Virus record (IMG/VR): IMGVR_UViG_3300036453_000035
Coordinates: 1-30,242 of that record
Reading direction: 5' to 3' (one strand)
From: a virus
Lineage: Duplodnaviria > Caudoviricetes
DNA length: 30,242 nt
Position numbers and translations under genes: made by a program
Notes under the pieces: model-generated
The model's database searches: none
What the model was told of the DNA's origin: nothing
The model's input: the letters and a program-made list of their open reading frames with translations, nothing else
Shown: one piece after another, positions 17,302 to 26,796 of the stretch
How the letters are laid out: each line of letters starts with the position of its first letter
Numbering within the stretch: the stretch's first letter is position 1

Positions 17302-18159
17302 CTAAAACTCGCTCTCTTTTACTTTTATTTTTTCAGATAATTTATCTTTTAAAGTTTGCATATCATTTCCATAATGTGCTTCTCTGTGACAATTAGGGCA
17401 AATAGCAGCAACATTAATTGGATGATCTGGTCCGTCATCAGATAAGCTGAAGATATGATGAACTTCTAGGAATGGAATATTATTTGAATTCACAAAAGGA
17501 GCATCTTTTCCACAATTTTCACACTGGCCCTTGGCTCTTAAAAGAGCATATTTTTTTATTTCTACGGACCTATTTTTATATTCAGTTAATACAACTGCAT
17601 TTGGTTTAGTGATCTTATCCAAATTACTGAGTATTTTTGCTCTGATAGTATAAAATTCTAAAGGTTCTAAAAGAATATGTTCTAAAGGGTCTTGGATTGG
17701 AAGGTTAATTTCTTCTAATTCTTCAATTGGTTGTAGAACATATTTTACCAATTTATCCCCTATTCTTTTACCTTCTGTTTGTGTTTCAATTTTCCATTCA
17801 ACAGTTTTAAAGAGTCCTTCAAACTGATATTGTTTTTTGTTGTTCCCTCTTTCGCGAACTTCCTTTGCGGTTGGTTCGCGAGTAGTGAATAATAAAATCT
17901 TCTTGTCAAGATTGGTTAATAATGAATTAGCAAAACTATATGGGTTTTGATCGCCTTTCTCTCCTTGGCCGGTATATATCCAACTTCCATTTGGCTGCAA
18001 AGAATCAGAATAACTTACTCTTTTTGTATGCCTTCCGCCAGTTGTTATGATTATCGTGTCAGAGCCTTCTTTGTTCCAAAGAATACCGGATTGTGGCTGC
18101 TTACTTCCAATAAATTTTAGAAGTTCTAAGCGTTCGTATAGTTGACCAATTATGAACAT
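17302..18159 (-). CDS. SRA-HNH (McrA-like) modification-dependent restriction endonuclease
   Basis: SRA-like QSGI...YSD...IYTGQGEKGDQ; HNH CENC...LEVHH...NVAAICPNCHREAH. Confidence 0.85.
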   Translation of the reverse strand: MFIIGQLYERLELLKFIGSKQPQSGILWNKEGSDTIIITTGGRHTKRVSYSDSLQPNGSWIYTGQGEKGDQNPYSFANSLLTNLDKKILLFTTREPTAKEVRERGNNKKQYQFEGLFKTVEWKIETQTEGKRIGDKLVKYVLQPIEELEEINLPIQDPLEHILLEPLEFYTIRAKILSNLDKITKPNAVVLTEYKNRSVEIKKYALLRAKGQCENCGKDAPFVNSNNIPFLEVHHIFSLSDDGPDHPINVAAICPNCHREAHYGNDMQTLKDKLSEKIKVKESEF

Positions 18160-18183
18160 GGTTTTGTTAATGTAATTTTCCGT

Positions 18184-19692
18184 TTATTTTAATTCGTTTG
18201 TATAATCTATTTTAGTTAAATTGAGTACGTTTAATACATCTTCTTTAACGACCAATGCTATTTCATCTTTAGGTTTAGCAAAATCATTTAATTGACTAAA
18301 CCAAATCCTGTAATCTCCTCTTCCGTTGGAACGATATAGAGATACTTCAGATTCTATAGAATTACCCTCATTATCAATTATGAAGCGGCATGGTAATATT
18401 TTTTTATTAACTTGTCCCAGTTCTTGTGTTTCGTAATCATGAATTTTATTCACTTTTAAAAATTCTCTAACACTTGAAACAGCATCCATTATACTTTTTC
18501 CTAAACCTGTTTCTGTAGGTATAAGTGTCGAATAGCTTATTTGCATTTCCTCTAGAATCTCTAAATTTATATTTATTATGTTTTTGACTTCCAATTCTGG
18601 TTGAATAATAGATTCTTGAATTAAAGAATAAATAACCTTGCCTCTATGTTCTCTTGCAGATAATTCGTGACTTCCTTGTCTGGCAAATTCAAAATATTTC
18701 CCCTCATCATTTGAAATTAAACTCAAATCTTCATCGGTAAAATATACGTCAACCTTTTTTGCTAATTCTAGCAGTTTTGATTCAAGTTTGTCAAAAACAA
18801 TTTTATTAATGTCCAACTTATGAAACTCAATAATTAGAGTGAATAAATTTGCTTTATTATACCAATATCCATTAATTGGAAGTTTTAGTTTATTTATTAT
18901 ATTAACTGAATTTTGTAAAAAAGTTAAAACATCTGCATAGGCATCAAAACTTGAATTATATTTTTTTAAATATGCTTCAATTTTAGTATTTCTTCCAAAA
19001 TATTTGCCTTCGAGAATTGTGGCAGAAATTAACATTAAAAACTGAATGTCATACATTCTTTTAATATCATTATTTGTAAACACATTTCTATTTGTGAAAA
19101 ATTGTAGCATAGATTCTCTAATATCTTCGTTTATTATTATATCAGTAATTTCTAAGGAAGGAGTAAAATCTTTATCAACTATTTGTTTACAAAACATTGA
19201 AAACTCACCATCACCATACTCAGCATTAATAATTTCATTTGTGTTTAAAGAATAATTAGTGCTATTTATTCTTTTGAAAATTTCTTTTATATTAACTATT
19301 CCAATATCTTTTAAATCTTTTACGGTTATTGAATAGTTCAAAAACTCTCTTTTTTCCTCTGTTGTCAAAGAATCAAATGCAATAACATGTTTTTGATCTT
19401 TGAAATCTCCCAGCTCTTTTATATAATCTACTATTGTTGTCAACCTTTGTTGACCATCAACAACAATTTCTCTTGCTTGTAAATTATCAACATCTATTTC
19501 TGAACTAGCTAGATAAACTTCAGGAAAAGGAAAATTCAATAAAATAGTTTTTATAAAAGCATATTTATGCTGTTTTTTCCACACAAGATTTCTTTGAAAG
19601 TCGGGACTAGTTACTAAAGATCCCGAATTTATTTTATTATAGATATCAATTAATTTAACACTATTTGATGTTATACTCGATTGTAATTTCAT
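18184..19692 (-). CDS. DUF262 (GmrS/ParB-like) protein with an extra C-terminal domain
   Basis: PDFQRNLVW, VDGQQRLTTI, IFKRINS motifs; C-terminal ~125 aa PTETGLGKSIMDA...SLYRSNGRGDYRIWF. Confidence 0.85.
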   Translation of the reverse strand: MKLQSSITSNSVKLIDIYNKINSGSLVTSPDFQRNLVWKKQHKYAFIKTILLNFPFPEVYLASSEIDVDNLQAREIVVDGQQRLTTIVDYIKELGDFKDQKHVIAFDSLTTEEKREFLNYSITVKDLKDIGIVNIKEIFKRINSTNYSLNTNEIINAEYGDGEFSMFCKQIVDKDFTPSLEITDIIINEDIRESMLQFFTNRNVFTNNDIKRMYDIQFLMLISATILEGKYFGRNTKIEAYLKKYNSSFDAYADVLTFLQNSVNIINKLKLPINGYWYNKANLFTLIIEFHKLDINKIVFDKLESKLLELAKKVDVYFTDEDLSLISNDEGKYFEFARQGSHELSAREHRGKVIYSLIQESIIQPELEVKNIININLEILEEMQISYSTLIPTETGLGKSIMDAVSSVREFLKVNKIHDYETQELGQVNKKILPCRFIIDNEGNSIESEVSLYRSNGRGDYRIWFSQLNDFAKPKDEIALVVKEDVLNVLNLTKIDYTNELK

Positions 19693-19698
19693 GTTATA

Positions 19699-20301
19699 TT
19701 AAGCTATTAAGTTTACTTGTATATTTTTTATATTCTCTTGATGATAAGTTTCGAAAAAATGCCAAGATTTATATATTTCAATGTTAACTTCCCTACCATA
19801 TTCCATTTGATATTTTTCTTGAACTCTTTTTATTTCTTTTGTCATGGAAAAATCAACGGGTAAAAATCTTATCGGTAATTTACCTTTTAATGAATATTTA
19901 GCAAAAGACGATCTATTTGCCCATGTGTTTTTATAATATTCGGTATAATTATATAAGTTTTGAATTTCGTTATCAAACAAAGAAGAGGATATAATTGCGA
20001 TATCCAAATCTGATTTTTTACTTGATTTTTTATTGACAAAATCATAATCAAATTCCTTATATAAATATAAACCAGTTTCAGCATTAGAAGGTTTTAAACT
20101 AAATCCGAGTTTTCCAGAACCTACTATTATAATTTCTCTAATGTGAACATTTAATATATTAGCAATGTCTCTTTTGAAATGAAATTCCTTACCTACAATT
20201 ATTTGATCAAAGAAAAAACTAGAGCCTTCAATAATATGCTGTTTAACAACTGTATCTGAATTAGAGCTAATGCATTCTTTTTTAAAATTAGTTAAATCCA
20301 T
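19699..20301 (-). CDS. Pol-beta-superfamily nucleotidyltransferase-like protein
   Basis: IIIVGSGKLGFS ... SDLDIAII (hG[GS] and DxD motifs). Confidence 0.65.
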   Translation of the reverse strand: MDLTNFKKECISSNSDTVVKQHIIEGSSFFFDQIIVGKEFHFKRDIANILNVHIREIIIVGSGKLGFSLKPSNAETGLYLYKEFDYDFVNKKSSKKSDLDIAIISSSLFDNEIQNLYNYTEYYKNTWANRSSFAKYSLKGKLPIRFLPVDFSMTKEIKRVQEKYQMEYGREVNIEIYKSWHFFETYHQENIKNIQVNLIA

Positions 20302-20316
20302 TTATATAAATACTGA

Positions 20317-21906
20317 TTACAATTTATTTAGTTGTTTTTTTATAGTTAATCCTAAAGCTAGTGCTAACAATGGAGGAACCGCATTACCAACTTGAGTATA
20401 CTGAGGTACTTCAAACTTCCTCATTTGACCTCCAGTTGTTACTTTCGATTTAAACTCAAACCAATCAGGGAAAGATTGAAATCTTGCCATTTCACGAACA
20501 GTTAAAGTTCTTGGATGGTCAGAGTGATAGTGACACAAATCATCCGGAATAGTTAATTGTGCTGGTGCAGGCTCAAATTCTTGTAATGCTCTTTGTGAAT
20601 GTTTTTTAGTCGGAATTAATTTGATTAATTCTTCCACTTCATCTATGTTTTCAGGAGTCATCAAGACTTCTCGAAAAGCATTGTTATCTGGAAATAAGAG
20701 CTTATGGTGTGAAAACTCATTCAGTAATTTACTTCTTAATTCTTCAGTAACATTTTTTCCTGTAAACAAATCAATAGCTCCTTGTTTTAATCCATTTTGA
20801 AACTGTTCAATTACTTGGTAAAACCTAAATCTGGATTTTATAAGTAAATTATGGTTTCTAGGCTCATGGTTTTTGATAATAGAATCTTTGTAAGAATCAT
20901 TCAAAAAAATTGAATTAAGTAAATTAGCATATTTTCCCTTCGTATTATCGAATGTATAATTCAATTGAGTTCGTCTAATATCACCAATAGCTTCACTCGT
21001 ATTTATAAAATCTCTATCTAAATGAGTGATTTTTGGTAAAAGGACCCCATCAAAAAGTTCAGGGTTACTTTCAATATCGTAGTATTTAAAATTTTTAATT
21101 GTTACACTATCAAGATCCTTCAAATTGTCTAAAACAGTTTTATAAAAATCATTAGAAACAGTAAGGATTTCATTTTTTACATGTTTCATAAATATTTTAT
21201 CGAAAATATCTTTACGGTAAGCAATTAAAATAAATCGCGGCCTATTTTGAGGCACACCAAAATATTTGGAATTCAACATCATACAGACAGGTACAAAACC
21301 TTCTAAAACAAATGCTTTAGATACCTCAAGCCAAGCATAATATTTTTTCCCATTTTCTGTAAACGGCGAAGTTATTCCTTTTACGTTTTCTAAAAGGACC
21401 GTTTTTGGTTGGATCATTCCAGCTATTCGGGCAAAAGATGAAGGTAAAGTATTCTTATGGTTATCCCTTTCTCTTTTGCCTGCCAGACTAAAACTTTGAC
21501 AAGGAGGTCCTCCGGATATTAAATCTACTTCACTTTTGCGAACAGCATTTAGAAGCGCAGGTTTTTCTTCAAAAGCAGTTAATAATTCATTGATATCACC
21601 AATAAGTAATTTTTCGTCTAAAACCGTATTATCATCAATATCTGAATACTTTCCTTTAGGAGCTTCAAAAGGGTTTTCTCTTAGCCTCTTCTCCATTTCA
21701 TTTATAGGGAATTGACTTTTTATCCAAAGTGTTTTCTTTGGTGATTCATTCCCTTCCAGTGTTTCGTTAAGTAAATTGTATGCAAAAGTTTCACTTGCCA
21801 TAGGTGAAAGTTCATTTGCAAAAAGTAAATCAAACCCTGCAGTCTCCAAACCAAGACTCATACCACCACAACCTGCAAAAAGTTCAATATGCGTTAATTT
21901 ATTCAT
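20317..21906 (-). CDS. dcm: DNA (cytosine-5)-methyltransferase
   Basis: ELFAGCGG, GGPPCQSFS, ENV, PQNRPR, RTLTVREMARFQSFPD, QVGNAVPP. Confidence 0.95.
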   Translation of the reverse strand: MNKLTHIELFAGCGGMSLGLETAGFDLLFANELSPMASETFAYNLLNETLEGNESPKKTLWIKSQFPINEMEKRLRENPFEAPKGKYSDIDDNTVLDEKLLIGDINELLTAFEEKPALLNAVRKSEVDLISGGPPCQSFSLAGKRERDNHKNTLPSSFARIAGMIQPKTVLLENVKGITSPFTENGKKYYAWLEVSKAFVLEGFVPVCMMLNSKYFGVPQNRPRFILIAYRKDIFDKIFMKHVKNEILTVSNDFYKTVLDNLKDLDSVTIKNFKYYDIESNPELFDGVLLPKITHLDRDFINTSEAIGDIRRTQLNYTFDNTKGKYANLLNSIFLNDSYKDSIIKNHEPRNHNLLIKSRFRFYQVIEQFQNGLKQGAIDLFTGKNVTEELRSKLLNEFSHHKLLFPDNNAFREVLMTPENIDEVEELIKLIPTKKHSQRALQEFEPAPAQLTIPDDLCHYHSDHPRTLTVREMARFQSFPDWFEFKSKVTTGGQMRKFEVPQYTQVGNAVPPLLALALGLTIKKQLNKL

Positions 21907-21920
21907 CAAAAATTATATGT

Positions 21921-22181
21921 TTATATTTTGTTATCTAACAGAGTTAGATCAAAATCCAAAAAAAAAGAAAATTTAGAAAGATAGTCAATACTAAAACTAA
22001 ATTTACCATTTTCGATTTTTGAGATTGTTGAACGATTTACTTCCATAATTTCTGCTAATTCATCCTGGCTATAACCTCTTTTTTCTCTAACTTCACGAAT
22101 ATTCTGCCCCATTTTTAAGCGACTTTCATGGAGGTAATTTTCGATTGATTTCTCTGTTACTTGATTATCACTGTTTCTCAT
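21921..22181 (-). CDS. XRE-family HTH regulator (controller-like)
   Basis: IREVREKRGYSQDELAEIMEVNRSTISKIENG; directly upstream of the MTase. Confidence 0.9.
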   Translation of the reverse strand: MRNSDNQVTEKSIENYLHESRLKMGQNIREVREKRGYSQDELAEIMEVNRSTISKIENGKFSFSIDYLSKFSFFLDFDLTLLDNKI

Positions 22182-22184
22182 TTC

Positions 22185-22427
22185 TTATGCTTCAGTTATT
22201 TGTCTAGTAATAATTCCAATAGCTTCTTCTTTACTAACTGTATTACCAAACTCTTGTAATGATTCATCGTCTTTGTAAACACCATTGCGGTCATTCCAAC
22301 AAAGCCATTCTATTAAATCTAATCTTGACCAAGAGCTTAATTCGTTTTTTAAAGCATCACCTCTCAATTCCATCAGTTTATAGTACGGATGCTTTAGTTT
22401 TTCTTCTTCATTTATAAATGTACTCAT
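22185..22427 (-). CDS. Hypothetical protein, 80 aa
   Basis: Tightly packed in the operon (3-bp gap to XRE); WLCWNDRNGVYKD. Confidence 0.75.
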   Translation of the reverse strand: MSTFINEEEKLKHPYYKLMELRGDALKNELSSWSRLDLIEWLCWNDRNGVYKDDESLQEFGNTVSKEEAIGIITRQITEA

Positions 22428-22462
22428 GATGATTGTATATAATTGTGTGCTCTTTGAGTTGT

Positions 22463-22867
22463 TTACTCGGGATTAACAGATAAGGTCCCTAAATGTTCCA
22501 CTCCGTCATTATCAATAACCGTAAGCCAAACATTGGTTTCTACACCATGAACATTATTTGAAAGATTCACTTCTATTTTTTGTTCGATCACTTTGATCAC
22601 TTTACCTTCTACTTGGGAATAATCGGACTTATTGATAGTTACTTTATGACCAATTAAATCATTAGTTTCTACTTCAACAACTTCCAGATCTCCTAATCTT
22701 ACTGTATTAATTGGCGGAAAAGATAATCCGGTATTTAACGCTTGAATATCTGCTCTTGCCCTTTCATCGTCTTCAATCACTTCTAAAACTACATATAATT
22801 GGTTTGGATTTTCATCAGCCAAAGGCGTATGATATTTTACAATTTGCCCTTGTTTTACTGGTGTCAT
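22463..22867 (-). CDS. Hypothetical beta-rich protein, 134 aa; first gene of the operon
   Basis: ATG start, co-oriented with downstream genes, protein-like composition. Confidence 0.75.
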   Translation of the reverse strand: MTPVKQGQIVKYHTPLADENPNQLYVVLEVIEDDERARADIQALNTGLSFPPINTVRLGDLEVVEVETNDLIGHKVTINKSDYSQVEGKVIKVIEQKIEVNLSNNVHGVETNVWLTVIDNDGVEHLGTLSVNPE

Positions 22868-22908
22868 AATTAATCCTTTTTATATAAATAATTTCTTATT
22901 TGATTTTA

Positions 22909-22956
22909 CAAAAATAGTAAAACGAGTGCAATATACTGAACAATTTATGAACAATT
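22909..22956 (-). promoter_or_regulatory. Candidate Bacteroidota promoter (-7 TATTTTTG) with an adjacent operator-like palindrome and direct repeats
   Basis: caaaaata at 22909-22916 (TAnnTTTG on the minus strand); gtgcaatatactgaac at 22926-22941; tgaacaatt x2. Confidence 0.45.
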
Positions 22957-23037
22957 ATGCTCTCTTCAAATTTTAGATTATTTGGGTTGAGGTGGCAATT
23001 TAATTTCATAATAAAGATGTTTATTATTTTATAAAAT

Positions 23038-23064
23038 AAAAAAGACGGTTGTTACACCGTCTTT
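23038..23064 (-). terminator. Intrinsic terminator after the GIY-YIG gene
   Basis: aaagacggt-N6-accgtcttt with a U tail on the minus strand. Confidence 0.7.
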
Positions 23065-23068
23065 AGTT

Positions 23069-23731
23069 TTAAGAGTATCTCCAAAGAAATCCTCTACTTT
23101 GTTCTCGTTCTTTACGACAACATCTAGAGATGCAAGTTTTACTTAATCCTGATTTTCTACTGGCCTCTGCAACTGAAATATATTGAGCTAACAGATTACC
23201 ATTTAGATTGTATTGTAAAACTTCTTTTTTCCTATTATCAGAGTCTGTAATAAATTTTTCTTTATTATCATAACTCCATAGGTAACCTTTTAAAGTGTGA
23301 TTTACATTCCAACAAGCTTTGCTAATACTTTTTTTTGTTGCATTTACAGCTACTGCTGCTGAAGTTAAATCTCCGAATGAATTTACAGGAGTGCCATCTA
23401 AATTGTATTGAAATACCGTTTTTTTAAAATTTCCTCCTTTGCTTAAATTATACCCTTTCCCAAGAGCATCATATTCAGAAATATATTTTATTTCTTTAGA
23501 TGCTAATTCATTATTAGTGCCAGCAGTATCAACTTGCTCCCATAGAAAAGCATTTGCTCCATAAGTGCTAATTGCATTATGAAATTTATACCCTTTACCA
23601 TTTTCTGATTTTTGTATATGATCAATCTTTCTTTCATTTATCGATTTTGTAGTTGCACCAATGTAAGTTTCATTGGTTTCTGTATTTATTACTTTGTATA
23701 TAATTCCCTGAATTTGTTCTTTATCTTTCAT
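23069..23731 (-). CDS. GIY-YIG homing-endonuclease-like protein with two NUMOD1 domains
   Basis: GIIYKVIN...YIGAT, R..H, E..YI, GYN; two VxQYNLxG...A...ISxxC...GxLWxY repeats. Confidence 0.85.
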   Translation of the reverse strand: MKDKEQIQGIIYKVINTETNETYIGATTKSINERKIDHIQKSENGKGYKFHNAISTYGANAFLWEQVDTAGTNNELASKEIKYISEYDALGKGYNLSKGGNFKKTVFQYNLDGTPVNSFGDLTSAAVAVNATKKSISKACWNVNHTLKGYLWSYDNKEKFITDSDNRKKEVLQYNLNGNLLAQYISVAEASRKSGLSKTCISRCCRKEREQSRGFLWRYS

Positions 23732-23827
23732 TTTTAAATTGAATTTTAGAGTTAGGCAGGTAATCCCATTTTGAACTATTTTAGTTAATTAAAAAGGTTA
23801 TAAAAGTGGTTACCTACCTTACCTTTT

Positions 23828-25003
23828 TTACTTTAATATTAATTCGTATTTCTTTAAATTATCTCTAGTTTTTTTTCTAAAACCTTTAGAAGACATTAAT
23901 TTACCAATAGTGTCCGCACTAATTATTTTATTTATATTTTTCTTTTGCTTTATAAATTCAATAATTTCTGTTGCATTCATATACATAACAGCTTTAGTGT
24001 TATTGGGTAAATCAAATAGCTCTTCTATCCAATCCATTTCTTCTGATGTTTGCAAAAAGTTTTTATTATGTTCTTCTACAATTTTCACATCCTCATCATT
24101 GAAATAATATCTATAATTTGAATCATTAAGTAAATGCATTGCTTGACTATAAACCTTACTGAGATTTATATTGTGCTTAAAATTAATTTTTAAAACTTCA
24201 TTACATAGATACCTCCTGTTTCCTGTGATATCAGTTAGAATTTCAATTTGATTGGAACTTCCAACAAATGATGCTCTTCTTGGATAATTTTCAGTAAACA
24301 TCCCAAAAGCTCTTCTTTCAGTAATTACTTCTTTAGTTATTAATTCTTTGAATTGGTCGACTTTATATTTATTAAAAGTTGCAAGCTCATCCATATTAAT
24401 GATTAGTTTATCTGAAAGCAGCAAGGTTGCATCTTTATCACCAGGTGTAATTGAACCTTCATAGATGTATTCTTTTAATTCGCTTGGGATTAACGATTTA
24501 AACCAAGTTGTTTTGCCTAAATTTTGTCTTCCGCAAAGAATTAATACTGTTTGATTAGTAATTCCTACCTTTATTGAGCAAGCTACCATTGCGACAATCC
24601 ACTTCTCAAATACCCATTTAAAATATTTGTCATTCGTGGTAGTTATTGTTGAAGCTAATTCCCCTATATAATTCGTTTTTTGATCCCAAGGCTCTAGCTT
24701 TTGGAAATAATCTTTAAAAGGGTTAAACTTTTCAACGAAATCAGAATTTAAAATTGTTTTTAGCTTCTGATTAGATGTTCTAATACCTTTTTTTTCTAAT
24801 CTTCTAATTATTGAATTAAATTCTGTTTCATCTAATAGCGCGAATTCTTTTTGTTTATCTTTCTTTTTAACAAATAATCTTCCTACTACCTCATTCTTTT
24901 TAAATTCATAATTTTTATTTAAGTACCGTTCTGTCATTGTATTCTGTTTTTTTCGTTCTATCTCTATCGTTTCATTAATCGTTCTTCCATTTGGCAGAGA
25001 CAT
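23828..25003 (-). CDS. VapE/VirE-family P-loop helicase-like protein
   Basis: GRQNLGKTTW Walker A, INMDEL Walker B, RRASFVGSSN, DITGNRRY. Confidence 0.88.
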   Translation of the reverse strand: MSLPNGRTINETIEIERKKQNTMTERYLNKNYEFKKNEVVGRLFVKKKDKQKEFALLDETEFNSIIRRLEKKGIRTSNQKLKTILNSDFVEKFNPFKDYFQKLEPWDQKTNYIGELASTITTTNDKYFKWVFEKWIVAMVACSIKVGITNQTVLILCGRQNLGKTTWFKSLIPSELKEYIYEGSITPGDKDATLLLSDKLIINMDELATFNKYKVDQFKELITKEVITERRAFGMFTENYPRRASFVGSSNQIEILTDITGNRRYLCNEVLKINFKHNINLSKVYSQAMHLLNDSNYRYYFNDEDVKIVEEHNKNFLQTSEEMDWIEELFDLPNNTKAVMYMNATEIIEFIKQKKNINKIISADTIGKLMSSKGFRKKTRDNLKKYELILK

Positions 25004-25223
25004 ATAGCCATGCTTTATTCAATGTCTTTTTATTGAACAGGGAGATTCAATACTATTCGATTTATAATCTAGTATTGAAATTGGAAATATTTGGGTTTGG
25101 TTTATTACATAGGCGTGAATTTTAATAATTGAACAATAATTTTAAGTGTTTAAAGGATTTTTTTTAGCTCCAAAGAAGTATAGGAGCTCTAGAATGATGA
25201 GGACCATCATTTTTTTATATACA

Positions 25224-25231
25224 CAAAGATA
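25224..25231 (-). promoter_or_regulatory. Candidate -7 promoter element for vapE
   Basis: TATCTTTG on the minus strand matches the Bacteroidota TAnnTTTG consensus; -33 element not confirmed. Confidence 0.4.
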
Positions 25232-25498
25232 ACTGATTATCAAGGCGATTCCTATTAGAACCCTAATAAAAACGGGGTTTTGAAAAAACTCTAATAGCTT
25301 TTATGCGCTATTTTCACCTCCTTTATTTCACCTAATTAAACCCTTTTTAGATTAATTTTCAACTTACTTAACACAATATATTGTAATATCGTGTTGGTAA
25401 ATTGAACTTAGCTAAGACTTTTTCAGTGGTTTTTTGTTATAGCAGAACCGTCTCAAAAGTTTGGTTATACCAAATACAGCATAACTGCTTTACCTAAT

Positions 25499-25747
25499 TT
25501 ACAGTTCGATGTTAAAATAACAGTAAAAATAGGCGTCATTATCGATGATATACACCGTTTTTAATTCTATTGTAACCTTGATTTCTTGTACTAAAACGAT
25601 TTGCCCGATCTTCAGCGTTCCGATATCTTGCAATACCTTTACTTTGAACGGACAAAACAACCGTATTAGGACACCATAATGCGTAATTACATAGATCTCA
25701 CGAGGAGAACTGTATTTTAACAGCTCAGAAAGTTGACTTCTTGTCAT
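25499..25747 (-). CDS. Hypothetical protein, 82 aa
   Basis: Co-oriented after DUF3871; LFCPFKVKV...EIKVT...YIID. Confidence 0.7.
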   Translation of the reverse strand: MTRSQLSELLKYSSPREIYVITHYGVLIRLFCPFKVKVLQDIGTLKIGQIVLVQEIKVTIELKTVYIIDNDAYFYCYFNIEL

Positions 25748-25818
25748 TTTTTAGTGTGATTAACTCTATTTTATAGATGCTGTTTAGTGCTATAAATGCG
25801 ACTAAAAGCTATTATATA

Positions 25819-26796
25819 TTAATGGAGGAAGTAGTTTGGACTTTGATTTTCAATCGAATTTAGTATGTTACTGATAAATCCATACGCATTAGCATTACGT
25901 TCCAGATTACTGTCGATATAGGTACTTTTGTTTGCCTCAGTCAGAAGATTGTAGACATTCCAAAAGTTAATCGTGTTGTCCCCTGATTTAGAAAAATGTG
26001 CATCCGTATGGTAATCCCTAACGACAATATTCAATTGAGTATCATTTATGGCTAATGGAAAAAGTTTCTGTTTTTCTTCCTTACTTAAATATGGAAAAAG
26101 CTTCATCTTCCCAATCAGGTGAGCAAATTGAATTTCTGTCAGAGAGTACCTGAACATTCTTTGCATATTTTCAAGATGCTCTTTCTTGTTATACGAATTT
26201 ATTAATTCATAAATCTTCGCTTTCAGCTCTCCAATTGAACTGACACGTAAATCCTCCTTGAGTCCATCCGTTGAAATACAAAGGTTGGTACAGACGGTAT
26301 TTTGAAATCCACAAAAAATTTTGAATTTCTCCATAGACTTTTTACTGAAAAGGTTTTCTTGGTTGTAACTTCGGACTCCACCAATCGTCAAATTAAGTTT
26401 ATTACCGTTAATAACTGCACTGATTTCAGGAATCTCGATAACGAAGGCCATCCGTTCATAATAAATGCTCTTTTCATGCTCTAGGAGCTCTTTTGCGGGC
26501 TTTCCAATTGCTGTCGGGATCCTGCCTTTGATCACGTGAGAAACCCTTATATCGGGCTTTAAAATACCTTTGTAGTCAAGGATATCTTCAACCACTTCTT
26601 TAGTACTTTCAATAAATTCATAATGGCTAATTGTGCATTCATTATCTTTTGCAAACACTGGGATTGTACATTCATTTTTTAGATGGCTCAACGAAACTTC
26701 CGTGGTATTTGCATAAATGAAATTTTTCCGTGTTGATTGTACAATTTCTGCATCATCAATGATTTGATGTTCTGTATTATTTAGTACTAAATTCAT
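25819..26796 (-). CDS. DUF3871 family protein
   Basis: FIYANT...IPVFAKDNECTISH...YYERMAF...GGVRSYNQENL...VCTNLCIS...ANKSTYID pattern recognised from memory. Confidence 0.8.
   Translation of the reverse strand: MNLVLNNTEHQIIDDAEIVQSTRKNFIYANTTEVSLSHLKNECTIPVFAKDNECTISHYEFIESTKEVVEDILDYKGILKPDIRVSHVIKGRIPTAIGKPAKELLEHEKSIYYERMAFVIEIPEISAVINGNKLNLTIGGVRSYNQENLFSKKSMEKFKIFCGFQNTVCTNLCISTDGLKEDLRVSSIGELKAKIYELINSYNKKEHLENMQRMFRYSLTEIQFAHLIGKMKLFPYLSKEEKQKLFPLAINDTQLNIVVRDYHTDAHFSKSGDNTINFWNVYNLLTEANKSTYIDSNLERNANAYGFISNILNSIENQSPNYFLH

Noticed and set aside
23069-23827. Group I intron hosting the GIY-YIG gene
   Set aside because: Flanks are too short for a ribozyme core and no interrupted host gene is evident
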